In this document: piece after piece, positions 28,601 to 38,373 of the stretch
Layout: every line of letters starts with the position of its first letter
How positions within the stretch are numbered: position 1 is the stretch's first letter
Origin: Dokdonella sp.
Lineage (GTDB): Bacteria; Pseudomonadota; Gammaproteobacteria; Xanthomonadales; Rhodanobacteraceae
Direction of reading: 5' to 3'
Assembly (NCBI RefSeq): GCF_049593775.1
Contig: NZ_JBAWHJ010000124.1
Span: 1-50,859 of the forward strand
DNA: 50,859 bases
The notes under the pieces: model-generated
Told to the model about the DNA's origin: nothing
The model's input: the letters and a program-made list of their open reading frames with translations, nothing else
Databases searched by the model: none
Position numbers and translations under genes: made by a program

Positions 28601-28933
28601 TCACTGGCGTGTCAGCTCGACACCGTCGACAGTCATCAACCAGCGATCGCCAACCTGGTGCGGCGGTGCAGTCACCTTGAACGTGGTTTCCATGGGACCG
28701 ATGCCCACCTTGAAGTCATCACCCTCGAAACCCTTCAGCGGGGCATCGATGGAAGTCTTTGCACCTTTTTTCATGCGCTCATAGACGACGCTGCCATCCC
28801 GGGTGATCAGCAGCGACATGGCGTCTGCCTTCCATTCACCGACGTAATCGACCTTGTCGGCAGGAACGGCAACCCCGCAGGCAGAGAGCACAAGGGCGAG
28901 CACACCGGCAAGAATCATTCTGCGAATCGACAT
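28601..28933 (-). CDS. Hypothetical lipoprotein
   Basis: Lipobox LSAC after a hydrophobic stretch; strong AGGAGG RBS. Confidence 0.8.
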   Translation of the reverse strand: MSIRRMILAGVLALVLSACGVAVPADKVDYVGEWKADAMSLLITRDGSVVYERMKKGAKTSIDAPLKGFEGDDFKVGIGPMETTFKVTAPPHQVGDRWLMTVDGVELTRQ

Positions 28934-29081
28934 CGACTTCCTCCTGGTGGCAGTGAATCGGGCACTGCCTTGGGCGACAGGGTAATCCTGAGCGCCACGG
29001 GTTTCATCCGGCGCCTGCTCCGGGCAACCGGGTTGTCTCGCCGCATGCTTGCGCAAATCGCCCTGCCGTCAATGGCGTCGG

Positions 29082-29468
29082 TCAACGGCGCTGCAACATC
29101 GCACCCATCTTCTGGTGGATCAGGTTGATCGCCTTGAGCGGTCGAAGCATGACCTTGAACTCCGTGATGCGTCCATTGGCATCCCAACGGATCATGTCGA
29201 CGCCATTGACCTCGATGTCGTCAATCACGACACGAAACTCCAGCACTGCATCGTGATCGGATCTGAGCTCGCGGATGTAGGCAAAAGATTCGTTGAAAAA
29301 CACCTTCAATGCCGCTGCCAGGTATTGCGTGGTCAGCGCCTTGCCGACTTGCGCGGTATGCACGACCGGCGAATGGAAGATGACGTCATCGGCAAGCAGC
29401 GCATCCAGCGCGCCGACATTCCGCGCTTGAACCAGTTCATGCCATGTGGCGAGTGGATCGTTGTTCAT
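29082..29468 (-). CDS. SnoaL/NTF2-like protein
   Basis: LDALLADDVIFHSPV, NGVDMIRW, FKVMLRPLKA; GAGG RBS. Confidence 0.85.
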   Translation of the reverse strand: MNNDPLATWHELVQARNVGALDALLADDVIFHSPVVHTAQVGKALTTQYLAAALKVFFNESFAYIRELRSDHDAVLEFRVVIDDIEVNGVDMIRWDANGRITEFKVMLRPLKAINLIHQKMGAMLQRR

Positions 29469-29502
29469 TGCATGGAATTCCTCGGGGCAAGGTCTTGCCG
29501 AC

Positions 29503-30144
29503 TCATGCCGGATGTCTGACGCGCCGACTCATCACCACGATGAGCGGAACAATGACCACGGTTGGCGCGAGCCAGAGCACCAGCGCAGGGTTGAAAACAA
29601 AGTTCACGACGAGAAATGCGGTGATCGTGGCAATCGTTGCCGCCAGCATCATGGTCAGGTGTCGCGCTATCCGCTCCGGCCCACGCAGGCCACCGGCGCG
29701 AATGATACGAACGTCACCGAAACCGAGCAGGGCGCCGATGATTCCGAACGCCAGCATGATCGTGCCTCCGTTGTTACCCGCTGACAGCAACAGCATTCCG
29801 TATGACGCCATCAGTGCTGAACATAGCAGCATTGCGATGGCACGAATCCAGTCGATACGTTGCGGTGTTCCTTCCCTGTTCCTGGCATGGCACCAGCCGG
29901 AGAGCGCAAGGTAGAAGCTGAAGATCGCTATCAGCAGCAGGAAAACATTGTTGCGCAGAATCGAAAGTGGAAGTGCCGTGATGAAAACCATGCACATGGC
30001 CACGAAAAATACCCGTCCGCTACGCACGTGCCAACGATGCGCGCGATTGAAGATCTTGTTTCCTGCCGCAACCAGGCCCGCCCCCAGGGCGATAAAGCCG
30101 GCTCCGATGTGCAGGACAAGCAGCAGCGAAACAAATGTGGTCAA
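29503..30144 (-). CDS. Six-TM membrane protein (DUF2306-like)
   Basis: HIGAG, HVRSGR and RHLTMM...IATITAF conserved-His pattern; TTG start 7 nt after GGAG. Confidence 0.65.
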   Translation of the reverse strand: MTTFVSLLLVLHIGAGFIALGAGLVAAGNKIFNRAHRWHVRSGRVFFVAMCMVFITALPLSILRNNVFLLLIAIFSFYLALSGWCHARNREGTPQRIDWIRAIAMLLCSALMASYGMLLLSAGNNGGTIMLAFGIIGALLGFGDVRIIRAGGLRGPERIARHLTMMLAATIATITAFLVVNFVFNPALVLWLAPTVVIVPLIVVMSRRVRHPA

Positions 30145-30206
30145 TGGACAGCTCCGCAAGGATTGCCATGCGCGCGGAATGCAAACCGGAGCGCGCCATC
30201 GATGAT

Positions 30207-30812
30207 TCAGTGCCGGGGATCGGGGTCCGCAGTTGCAACGCGTTTCAGTTGCGCTTCGAATCGCGGTTTTTCATGACGTTGCAATGCGTAGACTAGTCCG
30301 TCTCCGTTGTCCGTCAAGCTGATGGTCCAGACGTTGGTGGCGGCCTCGGGAATCAATTGCCTTGTATGCGCATCGGCCTTGAAGGATTGACTGCTTGCAC
30401 TGCCTCCGGTGTCGGAGAGCCCGCCATACATGTTGACGTCATCCTCGGTCCCGTCCGGGTGCCTGTGATCATGCTGCAAGTGCAGTCCGTCGGCGGTGCG
30501 GCTTATGATCCAGGTTCGCGACGTATCCTCGCCTACGGCGAACGGAATGCGGACCTCGTCGGGCGTGCAGGACTTGAATTCCGCTACCAGCAGTTTGCCG
30601 GCGAAAGCATCCTGGCCTTCGGCAGGAAACGTCATCTCGCCTTCGAAACGCGCGCCGCAAAGCTGCCGCAATGTCTCGAAGTAGGCCTCGGCGGGGTCGT
30701 TTGCGAACACCGGCGCCGCTACCGTGATGACACTCATCGCTGTCATCGCCAACAAGCGCGAACGAATTGCTGCGTGGCTACACCAGCCCGACAGGGCATT
30801 GATTGTTTTCAT
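30207..30812 (-). CDS. Conserved hypothetical exported protein
   Basis: Signal-peptide-like N-terminus; LCGARFEG, VGEDTSRTW and HDHRHPDG...MYGG. Start uncertain (30812 or 30746). Confidence 0.7.
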   Translation of the reverse strand: MKTINALSGWCSHAAIRSRLLAMTAMSVITVAAPVFANDPAEAYFETLRQLCGARFEGEMTFPAEGQDAFAGKLLVAEFKSCTPDEVRIPFAVGEDTSRTWIISRTADGLHLQHDHRHPDGTEDDVNMYGGLSDTGGSASSQSFKADAHTRQLIPEAATNVWTISLTDNGDGLVYALQRHEKPRFEAQLKRVATADPDPRH

Positions 30813-31175
30813 GCGTCTTGTCCTGATTGGAAAGTATTGACCGAACCTGGCCCGGCACGACACCGAGCCGCGTTCGATCCGGGAAGGGTATTGGGTGCAT
30901 GCATCAAATACTTGCGAGTGAGCAGGACAACAGTCCTTCGACGCGTGTCGTGCTCAGGCGCTTTCTTCGTTCACAGGTTCCACCAGAAGCTCCGGTCTGG
31001 CAAGCGTACGGTATCAGCAGGCGCGTGCAGCTTGCCAACAGACGGTCTACCCGTTGCATTGCGGGCATGCAGTGCGGACGCCTTCGACAGCCACAACCTG
31101 ACCCGCTGGCAATCCACATTTCGTTCACTGGCAGAATGCGGGCAGAATGCATCCCTCGAAAGCTGGAGTGGGCAC

Positions 31176-31727
31176 ATGTCTGCAGGCCTGTTGGCAGGAT
31201 TGTTGATCACGACGTTGCTCGTCACCGTGATCTGGATTTTCAATCGCCTGGTTCGCGACCGCAATCAGGTCGCTGCCGCATGGAGCGATATCGATGTCCA
31301 GTTGCAAAAGCGCCACGACCTGATTCCACCGCTGGTGGAAATCCTGCGCGGTTATGCCAGTCACGAACGCGAGCTGCTGGAGCGGGTAACCCGCGAGCGT
31401 ACCCAGAGTCGCGGCACCCATGGCATCGAATCCAGGGGCGAGATCGAGCGCGCGCTTGGACAGGACCTGAGTCGTCTTGTCGCGTTGGCAGAAGCCTACC
31501 CCGATCTCAAGGCCAGCCAGAATTTTTCCCAGCTGAATACCGAACTGGTCAAGGTGGAGGATCACCTGCAGTACGCCCGACGCTTCTATAACGGCTCGGT
31601 TCGCCAGTTCAATGATCGCATCCAGGTGTTCCCGCATGTGCTTGTTGCACGCAGTTTCGGATTCCGTGAGGCGGAGTTCTTCGATGCACCGGATGCCGCG
31701 ACCGCGGCTCCACAGGTGAACCTGTGA
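31176..31727 (+). CDS. lemA: LemA family protein
   Basis: N-terminal TM, WSDIDVQLQKRHDLIP, AEAYPDLKASQNF, ARRFYN; GGAG RBS. Confidence 0.92.
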   Translation: MSAGLLAGLLITTLLVTVIWIFNRLVRDRNQVAAAWSDIDVQLQKRHDLIPPLVEILRGYASHERELLERVTRERTQSRGTHGIESRGEIERALGQDLSRLVALAEAYPDLKASQNFSQLNTELVKVEDHLQYARRFYNGSVRQFNDRIQVFPHVLVARSFGFREAEFFDAPDAATAAPQVNL

Positions 31728-33628
31728 TGCGCCGTTGGGCTGCAGCCGCGCTCGTGGTAGCGGTGCTGTCACTTTCCGTCGCGGCTTCCGCCAGCGAAAC
31801 CATTCTTGGCTACGACAGCGATATCACGATTGCCGCCGATGCGACGATGGTGGTGCGTGAATCGATTCGGGTGCGCGCCGAAGGCAACAAGATCAATCGC
31901 GGCATCTATCGCGATTTTCCAACAACCTACCGTGACCCACAGGGCCAGCGCTACGTTACCGGTTTCGAATTCATCAGTGCCACGCGCGATGGCGCGAATG
32001 AAGCCTGGCACAGCGAAACCCAGGGCAATGGCGTACGCGTTTATCTTGGCAGCAAGGACAGGACTCTGGAGCCCGGCGAATACACCTATGTCATTGAGTA
32101 CCGGACGTCGCGGCAGCTGGGATTTTTCGAGGATCACGACGAGCTGTACTGGAACGTCACCGGCAACGGCTGGGCGTTTCCGATCGAGGCGGCCAGTGCC
32201 AGCGTGCGCCTGCCCGAGCCGGTCGCCGCGGGTCGACTCAAGGCGTTCGGATACACCGGGCCGCAGGGCTCGACCGAGGCCGATCTCGATGCGACTGTCA
32301 TGGACGGAGGCGCACGCTTTCACACCACCCGGTCGCTGGGCGCCCAGGAGGGACTCAGCATCGTGCTCGAATTCCCCAAAGGCATCGTGACCGAACCGAC
32401 GCGTGAGCAGAAGGTTCGCTGGCTACTAGAAGACAACCGGCAACTGCTGATCGGCACGGCAGGCCTGCTTCTTCTCTGGCTCTACTATGGCCTGATGTGG
32501 CATCGCTACGGTCGCGATCCGGAACGTGGTGTCGTCATTCCACAGTACGAGCCGCCGAACGGCTATTCTCCCGCTTCCCTGCGCTACATTCGTCGCATGG
32601 GCTACGACCGCTCCTGCTTTGCCGCGGCCGTGCTCGGACTGGCCGCAAAGGGTGCGCTCAGCATCCAGAACAAGAAGGGCATACTGACTCTGGACAAGGG
32701 CAAGTCCACCGTCGATTTCGCCCCCGGCGAAGCTGCGCTGATGAGCAAGCTGTTCGCGGGCACCAGTTCGATCACCCTGAAAAGCAGCGCCTCGACGGCC
32801 GGCAAGATGAGCGCCGCCAAGGACGCACACAAGACGGCATTGGCTGCGGACTACGAGAAGAAATACTTTCTCACCCATCGACACAAATTGATTCCGGCGG
32901 TGCTGTTTTCGATTGCCTGCCTTTTGGCAGCGGCGATTTCGATGCCAGGCGAAGCCAAGTTCGCCGTATTGTTCATGTGTGTCTGGTTGAGTGGCTGGAG
33001 CTTTGGGGTTTACGCGCTGGTGTCACGCGCCGTTGCAGGTTGGCGAGGTGCGCGCGGCTTCTTCGGTCGGTTCGGCGCGGTCTTTCTCTGGGTATTCGCC
33101 TTGCCTTTCATCGCCGGAGAGATCTTCGGACTGATCGCAATGGCGCAGATTGGCGGCCTCGGGTTGATGTTCGTCTTCATCGCTGTGATTGGCACCAACA
33201 TCGCGTTCTACCACTGGATGAAGGCACCGACCCAGGATGGAGCAAAGCTGCTGGATCGCATTGAAGGTTTTCGCTGGTATCTCGGTGTCGCCGAGAAGGA
33301 CGAGCTCGACTCGCGCTATCGCCCTGAGGACCATCCCGAGCAATTCAGCGCCTTCCTTCCGTACGCGTTCGCACTCGATGTGGAACAGGCCTGGGCCCGG
33401 CGTTTCGCCGACGCGTTGTCCGCCGATCAACTCGAGAAGGCGCAACCGCGCTGGTACCACGGCAGCGGCGCGCTGGGTGCGGCGGGACTCACTACGTTCA
33501 CCAGCGGACTGACCAGCAGCCTGGGCAGCTCGATTTCCTCGGCCTCGACCGCACCGGGCTCAGGCTCTGGCGGTTCGGGGGGTTCCTCGGGTGGCGGTGG
33601 TGGTGGCGGTGGTGGTGGCGGCTGGTAG
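31727..33628 (+). CDS. DUF2207 membrane protein with Gly-rich tail
   Basis: Signal peptide, DELYWNVTGNGW, LPYAFAL, C-terminal GGGGGGGGGGW; TGATG coupling to lemA. Confidence 0.88.
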   Translation: MRRWAAAALVVAVLSLSVAASASETILGYDSDITIAADATMVVRESIRVRAEGNKINRGIYRDFPTTYRDPQGQRYVTGFEFISATRDGANEAWHSETQGNGVRVYLGSKDRTLEPGEYTYVIEYRTSRQLGFFEDHDELYWNVTGNGWAFPIEAASASVRLPEPVAAGRLKAFGYTGPQGSTEADLDATVMDGGARFHTTRSLGAQEGLSIVLEFPKGIVTEPTREQKVRWLLEDNRQLLIGTAGLLLLWLYYGLMWHRYGRDPERGVVIPQYEPPNGYSPASLRYIRRMGYDRSCFAAAVLGLAAKGALSIQNKKGILTLDKGKSTVDFAPGEAALMSKLFAGTSSITLKSSASTAGKMSAAKDAHKTALAADYEKKYFLTHRHKLIPAVLFSIACLLAAAISMPGEAKFAVLFMCVWLSGWSFGVYALVSRAVAGWRGARGFFGRFGAVFLWVFALPFIAGEIFGLIAMAQIGGLGLMFVFIAVIGTNIAFYHWMKAPTQDGAKLLDRIEGFRWYLGVAEKDELDSRYRPEDHPEQFSAFLPYAFALDVEQAWARRFADALSADQLEKAQPRWYHGSGALGAAGLTTFTSGLTSSLGSSISSASTAPGSGSGGSGGSSGGGGGGGGGGGW

Positions 33629-33645
33629 CTGAGTCCGCAAGCTGG

Positions 33646-34122
33646 TCATCTGGATTCACAGAGGTATGAGCCCATGAGTTCTGCGAGGACGCTCGCACTT
33701 TTGCCGTAGTTGTCTGGCAGTGCCGCATCGACCCCGGCCAGCGCACGATTCAAATCGCGACCAAGCGCGTTGTCCTTGCAACCGACTGCGTAGTTCCAGC
33801 CGATCCGCTGGATTGCGCCAATGTGGGTGACCGTGAGCGCCTCGACGTCGCACCATCGTACATGCCGTTTCCTGAAGAGTGCGCAATAGGTGAAGCCCTC
33901 ATCATCAAGGCGCAACCACGAACTGCCCGGTATCAGCTGGATGACGAAGACCAGCGCGCAAAGACCAAAGAAGGCGATGATGAAGAGTCCCGTCAAGGCC
34001 TTGTCTGCGAACATCCAGATGCCACAGGCCACGAACATGAGCGAGACCAGCAGCAGCAGACCCGCCTTGAGCTTGCTGGTAGTGGATGTTTGCGGACGTA
34101 GTGTCTTGACTGCCTTCGTCAT
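33646..34122 (-). CDS. Two-TM membrane protein with PH-like C-terminal region (STM3941-like)
   Basis: Two TM helices followed by LRLDDEGF..VRWCDV. Confidence 0.6.
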   Translation of the reverse strand: MTKAVKTLRPQTSTTSKLKAGLLLLVSLMFVACGIWMFADKALTGLFIIAFFGLCALVFVIQLIPGSSWLRLDDEGFTYCALFRKRHVRWCDVEALTVTHIGAIQRIGWNYAVGCKDNALGRDLNRALAGVDAALPDNYGKSASVLAELMGSYLCESR

Positions 34123-34405
34123 GGAATGTTTCTGGCCGGGATTCTCGACGGTCTGCAGGTTATCAAACAGATTGGCGATTGGCGGCTCCCCACGATCACG
34201 ATCAAGCCAGCGGACTGCGTCGATTGACCCGGCTGTCAGGCGATTGGCTGGGTTGTCAGGCGTGTTTTCTCCTCGGGCTCCCGCACAGGAGAGCTGCAGC
34301 ATGTCTGCCCGGGCGCCAGGCTGGGCGCTCCGACCATCTTAATCGTTGTGCTTGACCTGCGGGCAGTGACTGCCGCGGCATGGCGACATGCCGCACAATG
34401 CCGCC

Positions 34406-34870
34406 ATGCTGAATATCGTCCTGCATCGCCCTGAAATACCCCCGAATACCGGCAACGTGATCCGTCTCTGTGCGAACACCGGTGCGCATCTTCATTTGAT
34501 CGGGCCGCTGGGTTTCGAGCTTGATGATGCGCGCTTGATGCGGGCCGGCCTCGACTACCACGAATATGCGCGCCTGACCGTGCATGCCGATCTCGCCGCG
34601 TTTTCGGCATCGGTGAATCCGCGACGGATATTCGTGGTTTCGACGCGTGGCACGGCCCGCTACGACAGCGTGTGCTACGCAGAGGATGATGCCGTGGTGT
34701 TCGGATCCGAGACCAGTGGTTTGCCGCAGGCGCTGATCGAATCGGTGCCCGCCGGGCAACGCCTACGCTTGCCGATGCGCCCGCAGAATCGCAGCCTCAA
34801 CCTGTCCAATGCAGTCGCGGTGGTGGCTTATGAGGCCTGGCGGCAGATCGGGTTCGAGGGTGGAAACTGA
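34406..34870 (+). CDS. trmL: tRNA (cytidine/uridine-34-2'-O)-methyltransferase
   Basis: PEIPPNTGNVIRLCANTG, RAGLDY, FGSETSGLP, RSLNLSNAV. Confidence 0.95.
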   Translation: MLNIVLHRPEIPPNTGNVIRLCANTGAHLHLIGPLGFELDDARLMRAGLDYHEYARLTVHADLAAFSASVNPRRIFVVSTRGTARYDSVCYAEDDAVVFGSETSGLPQALIESVPAGQRLRLPMRPQNRSLNLSNAVAVVAYEAWRQIGFEGGN

Positions 34871-34910
34871 GGCGCGAGACATGCGATCGACAGGAATCGT
34901 TCGCGCTTGC

Positions 34911-34939
34911 GTAGGGGCGGGTCTGAGACCCGCCCCTGC
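34911..34939. repeat. GTAG-type REP palindrome
   Basis: GTAGGGGCGGGTC-TGA-GACCCGCCCCTGC hairpin between convergent trmL and gpsA. Confidence 0.75.
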
Positions 34940-35010
34940 AACAGCGTGAAAGCAATGGCGCGGGCTTCGATCACCGCATCCGCGTTGCCGCTTGGTTGTT
35001 GCCGCGAAAT

Positions 35011-36012
35011 CTACTCGGGATATTCCGGCTTCTGCTCGCGTGCAAGCAGGGCGCGAAGGCCCTCCTCGGGGGTCATGTCTTCATGCAGTACATGCTGCAC
35101 GTGTTCGGCGATCGGCAGCTCGATGCCAACCCGTTGTGCCAGGCGCACGACCTCGTCGACGGTGACGATGCTCTCGACGACCTGGCCAATGTCGGCGACC
35201 GCCTTGGACAGTGAAACACCCTGACCGAGGGCAAGGCCGAGACGGCGGTTCCGGGACAGGTCGCCGGTGCAGGTCAGGACCAGGTCACCGAGCCCTGCCA
35301 GACCCATCAGTGTCTCGGGCTTGGCCCCCAACGCGGTACCCAGGCGCAGGATTTCATTCATTCCACGCGTGATCAGTGCAGCGCGAGCATTCAGTCCCAG
35401 ATTCATGCCATCGGCAACGCCGGTTGCGACGGCGAGCACGTTCTTCATCGCGCCACCGAGCTCGGCACCGAGGATGTCGGTGCCGGTATACGCGCGGAAC
35501 GTCGGCGCGTGCAGCAAGCGCGCAATGCGTTGCGCGAATCCGGCATCGTTGGACTGCACGGTCAGCGCTGTGGGCAGACCCTGAGCGACTTCCTTGGCGA
35601 ACGACGGGCCGGTGATCACGGCCGCCGGGTGATTGGGCAGGCGCTCTTCGACCAGCTCATGAAGGAAACGTCCCGAACCCGGATCGAAACCCTTGGTCGC
35701 CCACGTGATTCCGGCGTCGGCCGCTACCCACGGTGCGATCTCGTCGACCAGCTCGCGGAAGGCATGGCTGGGTACGGCGATCAGAATGACCGACGCATCG
35801 CGCACGCAGGTTTCGAGTACGCCGCTGATGCCCAGGGCATCCGGAAACCTCATCTCGGGGAGATAACGCGTGTTCGCGCGAGCCGTGGCCATGTCGACCA
35901 CGCCTTGCGGCGAACGCCCCCACAGCGTGGTGGGGACGCCATTGCGCGCAAGCAGCACGGCCAGGGCCGTGCCCCACGATCCGGCGCCCAGAACTGCAAC
36001 CGGCGTGTTCAT
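35011..36012 (-). CDS. gpsA: NAD(P)H-dependent glycerol-3-phosphate dehydrogenase
   Basis: [37 protein letters not shown]. Confidence 0.96.
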   Translation of the reverse strand: MNTPVAVLGAGSWGTALAVLLARNGVPTTLWGRSPQGVVDMATARANTRYLPEMRFPDALGISGVLETCVRDASVILIAVPSHAFRELVDEIAPWVAADAGITWATKGFDPGSGRFLHELVEERLPNHPAAVITGPSFAKEVAQGLPTALTVQSNDAGFAQRIARLLHAPTFRAYTGTDILGAELGGAMKNVLAVATGVADGMNLGLNARAALITRGMNEILRLGTALGAKPETLMGLAGLGDLVLTCTGDLSRNRRLGLALGQGVSLSKAVADIGQVVESIVTVDEVVRLAQRVGIELPIAEHVQHVLHEDMTPEEGLRALLAREQKPEYPE

Positions 36013-36023
36013 CGATCGTTGGC

Positions 36024-36527
36024 TCAGGAGTTGAGCGTCGGACTTTCGGCCGGCGTTTCGCTGCGACGACGCATTTGCTCGGCGTAGATCGCGTCAAAAT
36101 TGATCGGCTGCAGATACAGGGGTGGAAAGCCGCCGCCCTGGACCAGGTCGGAGACAATCTGGCGCACATAGGGGAACAGCACGTTCGGGCAATAGGTCGC
36201 CAGCACGTTTTCCTGTGACGCCTGGTCGAAACCGGCCACGCCAAAGATACCGGCCTGATGAACCTCGGCCAGATAGGCAGTCTTTTCTTCGATCTTGCAG
36301 GTTACGGTGACACTGAGCACCACTTCGAACACCGTCTCACTGAGGGTGTTGACGCGCTGGCTCAGGTTCAGCTCGACGCCAGGCTGGCCCTGAAGCTGGA
36401 ATACCTTGGGTGCATCCGGCACTTCAAAGGAAATGTCCTTGGTGTAGATCTTCTGCAGGTTGAGCTGCGGCTGGTTCGGGTCGGCGGCGGGGTTGGCCGC
36501 GCCGTTTGCGGGTGAATTCTCTGCCAT
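36024..36527 (-). CDS. secB: Protein export chaperone SecB
   Basis: [40 protein letters not shown]. Confidence 0.96.
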   Translation of the reverse strand: MAENSPANGAANPAADPNQPQLNLQKIYTKDISFEVPDAPKVFQLQGQPGVELNLSQRVNTLSETVFEVVLSVTVTCKIEEKTAYLAEVHQAGIFGVAGFDQASQENVLATYCPNVLFPYVRQIVSDLVQGGGFPPLYLQPINFDAIYAEQMRRRSETPAESPTLNS

Positions 36528-36639
36528 GTTGCGATTGCTCCAGAAAAACGTGGGGAAAAAGGGCCCGGATTATCCCATGCCGATGGGGGTGGCGCACGCC
36601 AGATCACTGCGTACGCAGGCCGGATACTGTGACATTGGG

Positions 36640-37092
36640 CTATTTGCTGTTGTTTCGACCCTTGGCCAGCGGCAATTGTGCCTCGGTCCACGAGCGCAGC
36701 CCGCCGTCCAGTGTGTAGACGTCGGTAAAGCCGGCCTTTTTCAGGCGCTTGGCGGCGGTTGCCGAGGTTTGGCCGTTCTTGCAATAGATCGCCACGGGCA
36801 GTTCGCGAGCCTTGGCCAGATCCTTGTTTTCGGGGTCGAACTGGCTCATGGCGACATGCCTGGCGCCCGCTACATGGCCTTGCTCGTAGTCCTGAATGCT
36901 TGATACATCGATCAGCAAGGCGTTGTTTCTATTGATCAACTGGGTCAGGCCACCGGGAGTCAGTGCCTTGTAGCCACGGGTGACCCGCGCCACTTCGCTG
37001 GCAATGAGCGCAGCAAGCACGCCAATAAAGCCGAGCGAGAGAAAGGGGTGGTTGCCGATGAATTCGGGAAGACGATTGAGGATTTCGGACAC
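36640..37092 (-). CDS. Membrane-anchored rhodanese-like protein (YibN-like)
   Basis: EFIGNHP + TM, GHVAGA, IYCKNG, LDGGLRSW; sits upstream of secB. GTG start provisional. Confidence 0.85.
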   Translation of the reverse strand: MSEILNRLPEFIGNHPFLSLGFIGVLAALIASEVARVTRGYKALTPGGLTQLINRNNALLIDVSSIQDYEQGHVAGARHVAMSQFDPENKDLAKARELPVAIYCKNGQTSATAAKRLKKAGFTDVYTLDGGLRSWTEAQLPLAKGRNNSK

Positions 37093-37263
37093 GGTCGTTG
37101 GCTGGCCTGGTGCGGCGCGCGAGGAGCCGCGCCGTGGGTAAATGGGCGCCGATTGTCCGCGAGCAAGGGGCTGGCTGGCAAATCGGGCCGCCATTGCATG
37201 GCCGCGAAGTCGGCCGGATCGTGGCAGGTCAGCGCTTGCGCCGCTGCGGGCGACCCAACCCGA

Positions 37264-37701
37264 TCAGTCTCGCCGGGTGATGTCCGGCAAACCGGAATTG
37301 AGCAGCCAGACCTTGTTCTCCTTGTCGTATATCCAGATCTGCCGATCAACAATCGTGCGTGCTTCCTGCGTATTTACGTTGACCAGGCCGATTTCGACGG
37401 TTTGACGGACCTCGTCGTCATTCACCGGAACCGGAGCCGTATCGGTGTACTGGGTGATACGAACGTGCTTGAAGCGCTGCAACTCCAGCGAGGTGAGCGG
37501 ATGCGCAGCGCGGTATTCGGGCGAAACAAAGCTCTCCGCCTGCTCGATGGACCCCCAGCGAATCGTCGCCGCATAGGTTCGCAACGTCTCGGTGAGTTGC
37601 TTGTCGCGTGATTTCGCCAACACCGGGAACGCGGCCGCGAGCAATGCCAGGGCGATCAGGCTGATCGCCAGGGAATGCGCAAACCAATTCTTCGGATTCA
37701 T
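37264..37701 (-). CDS. Hypothetical exported protein
   Basis: Signal peptide, YAATIRWG, QIWIYD..W; GGAG RBS. Confidence 0.72.
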   Translation of the reverse strand: MNPKNWFAHSLAISLIALALLAAAFPVLAKSRDKQLTETLRTYAATIRWGSIEQAESFVSPEYRAAHPLTSLELQRFKHVRITQYTDTAPVPVNDDEVRQTVEIGLVNVNTQEARTIVDRQIWIYDKENKVWLLNSGLPDITRRD

Positions 37702-37720
37702 GCCGTCATCTCCTCGACTG

Positions 37721-38263
37721 TCAGCCGGTGGTTTCCGATTGTGCCCCATCGGTCGGGTCGACAGTAGCGCTTCGCCTGAGCGCCACGAAACGTGCGTTCA
37801 GGCTGCTGGCAATACTGCCGTCGGCAAGCCGCACTTCGCAATGCGCGGACAGGCGTGCCTTCCCGCGCGAATCCAGCGTACTGAAGAACTCGTCAAAGGT
37901 GTTGCTGTATGCCAGCCGCGCCTCGGCGGAAAAATCCTCCCATACCGGGGCCAGGTAGCGCACCGAGCTGTCCTGTACATAGATGTCGCAGGACAGCCCG
38001 CGCTGTTCCATGGCCAGCCTGACCAGGCACCAGCAGGCCAGGGTCATGACGCTGGCGAGACTGCCACCGAATGCGCAACCCTTGTCGTTCAGGTTCGGGA
38101 TCAGGGGTGCAGTCATGCGCAGCGAATCACCGTCCCAGGCGGCGATATCGACTTGCATCGCGTCGGTGATCGGAATATCGATTCTGACTTGCTTCTGCAG
38201 GGCAAGGCGCAAGGTGTCGCGGCAGCGCTGCGCCTGCGTGGCGTCAGTGTCAATCAGGGTCAT
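37721..38263 (-). CDS. YiiD C-terminal (hotdog-fold) domain protein, MadB-like
   Basis: IPITDAMQV, APLIPNLNDKGCAFGGSL, VRYLAPV. Confidence 0.82.
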   Translation of the reverse strand: MTLIDTDATQAQRCRDTLRLALQKQVRIDIPITDAMQVDIAAWDGDSLRMTAPLIPNLNDKGCAFGGSLASVMTLACWCLVRLAMEQRGLSCDIYVQDSSVRYLAPVWEDFSAEARLAYSNTFDEFFSTLDSRGKARLSAHCEVRLADGSIASSLNARFVALRRSATVDPTDGAQSETTG

Positions 38264-38373
38264 GCACGACTCAAACGGCAGAACGGGCGGCGAGTGTGCG
38301 CGACTGCAGCGGTTTCGTTCAAGCAAAGAGGGAGTTTGGGTATGATCGAAAGTCTCGCCAGGCGTGAAACCTC

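Noticed and set aside
33560..33625. GGT/GGC microsatellite as a contingency locus
   Set aside because: It encodes the Gly-rich tail normal for DUF2207 proteins.
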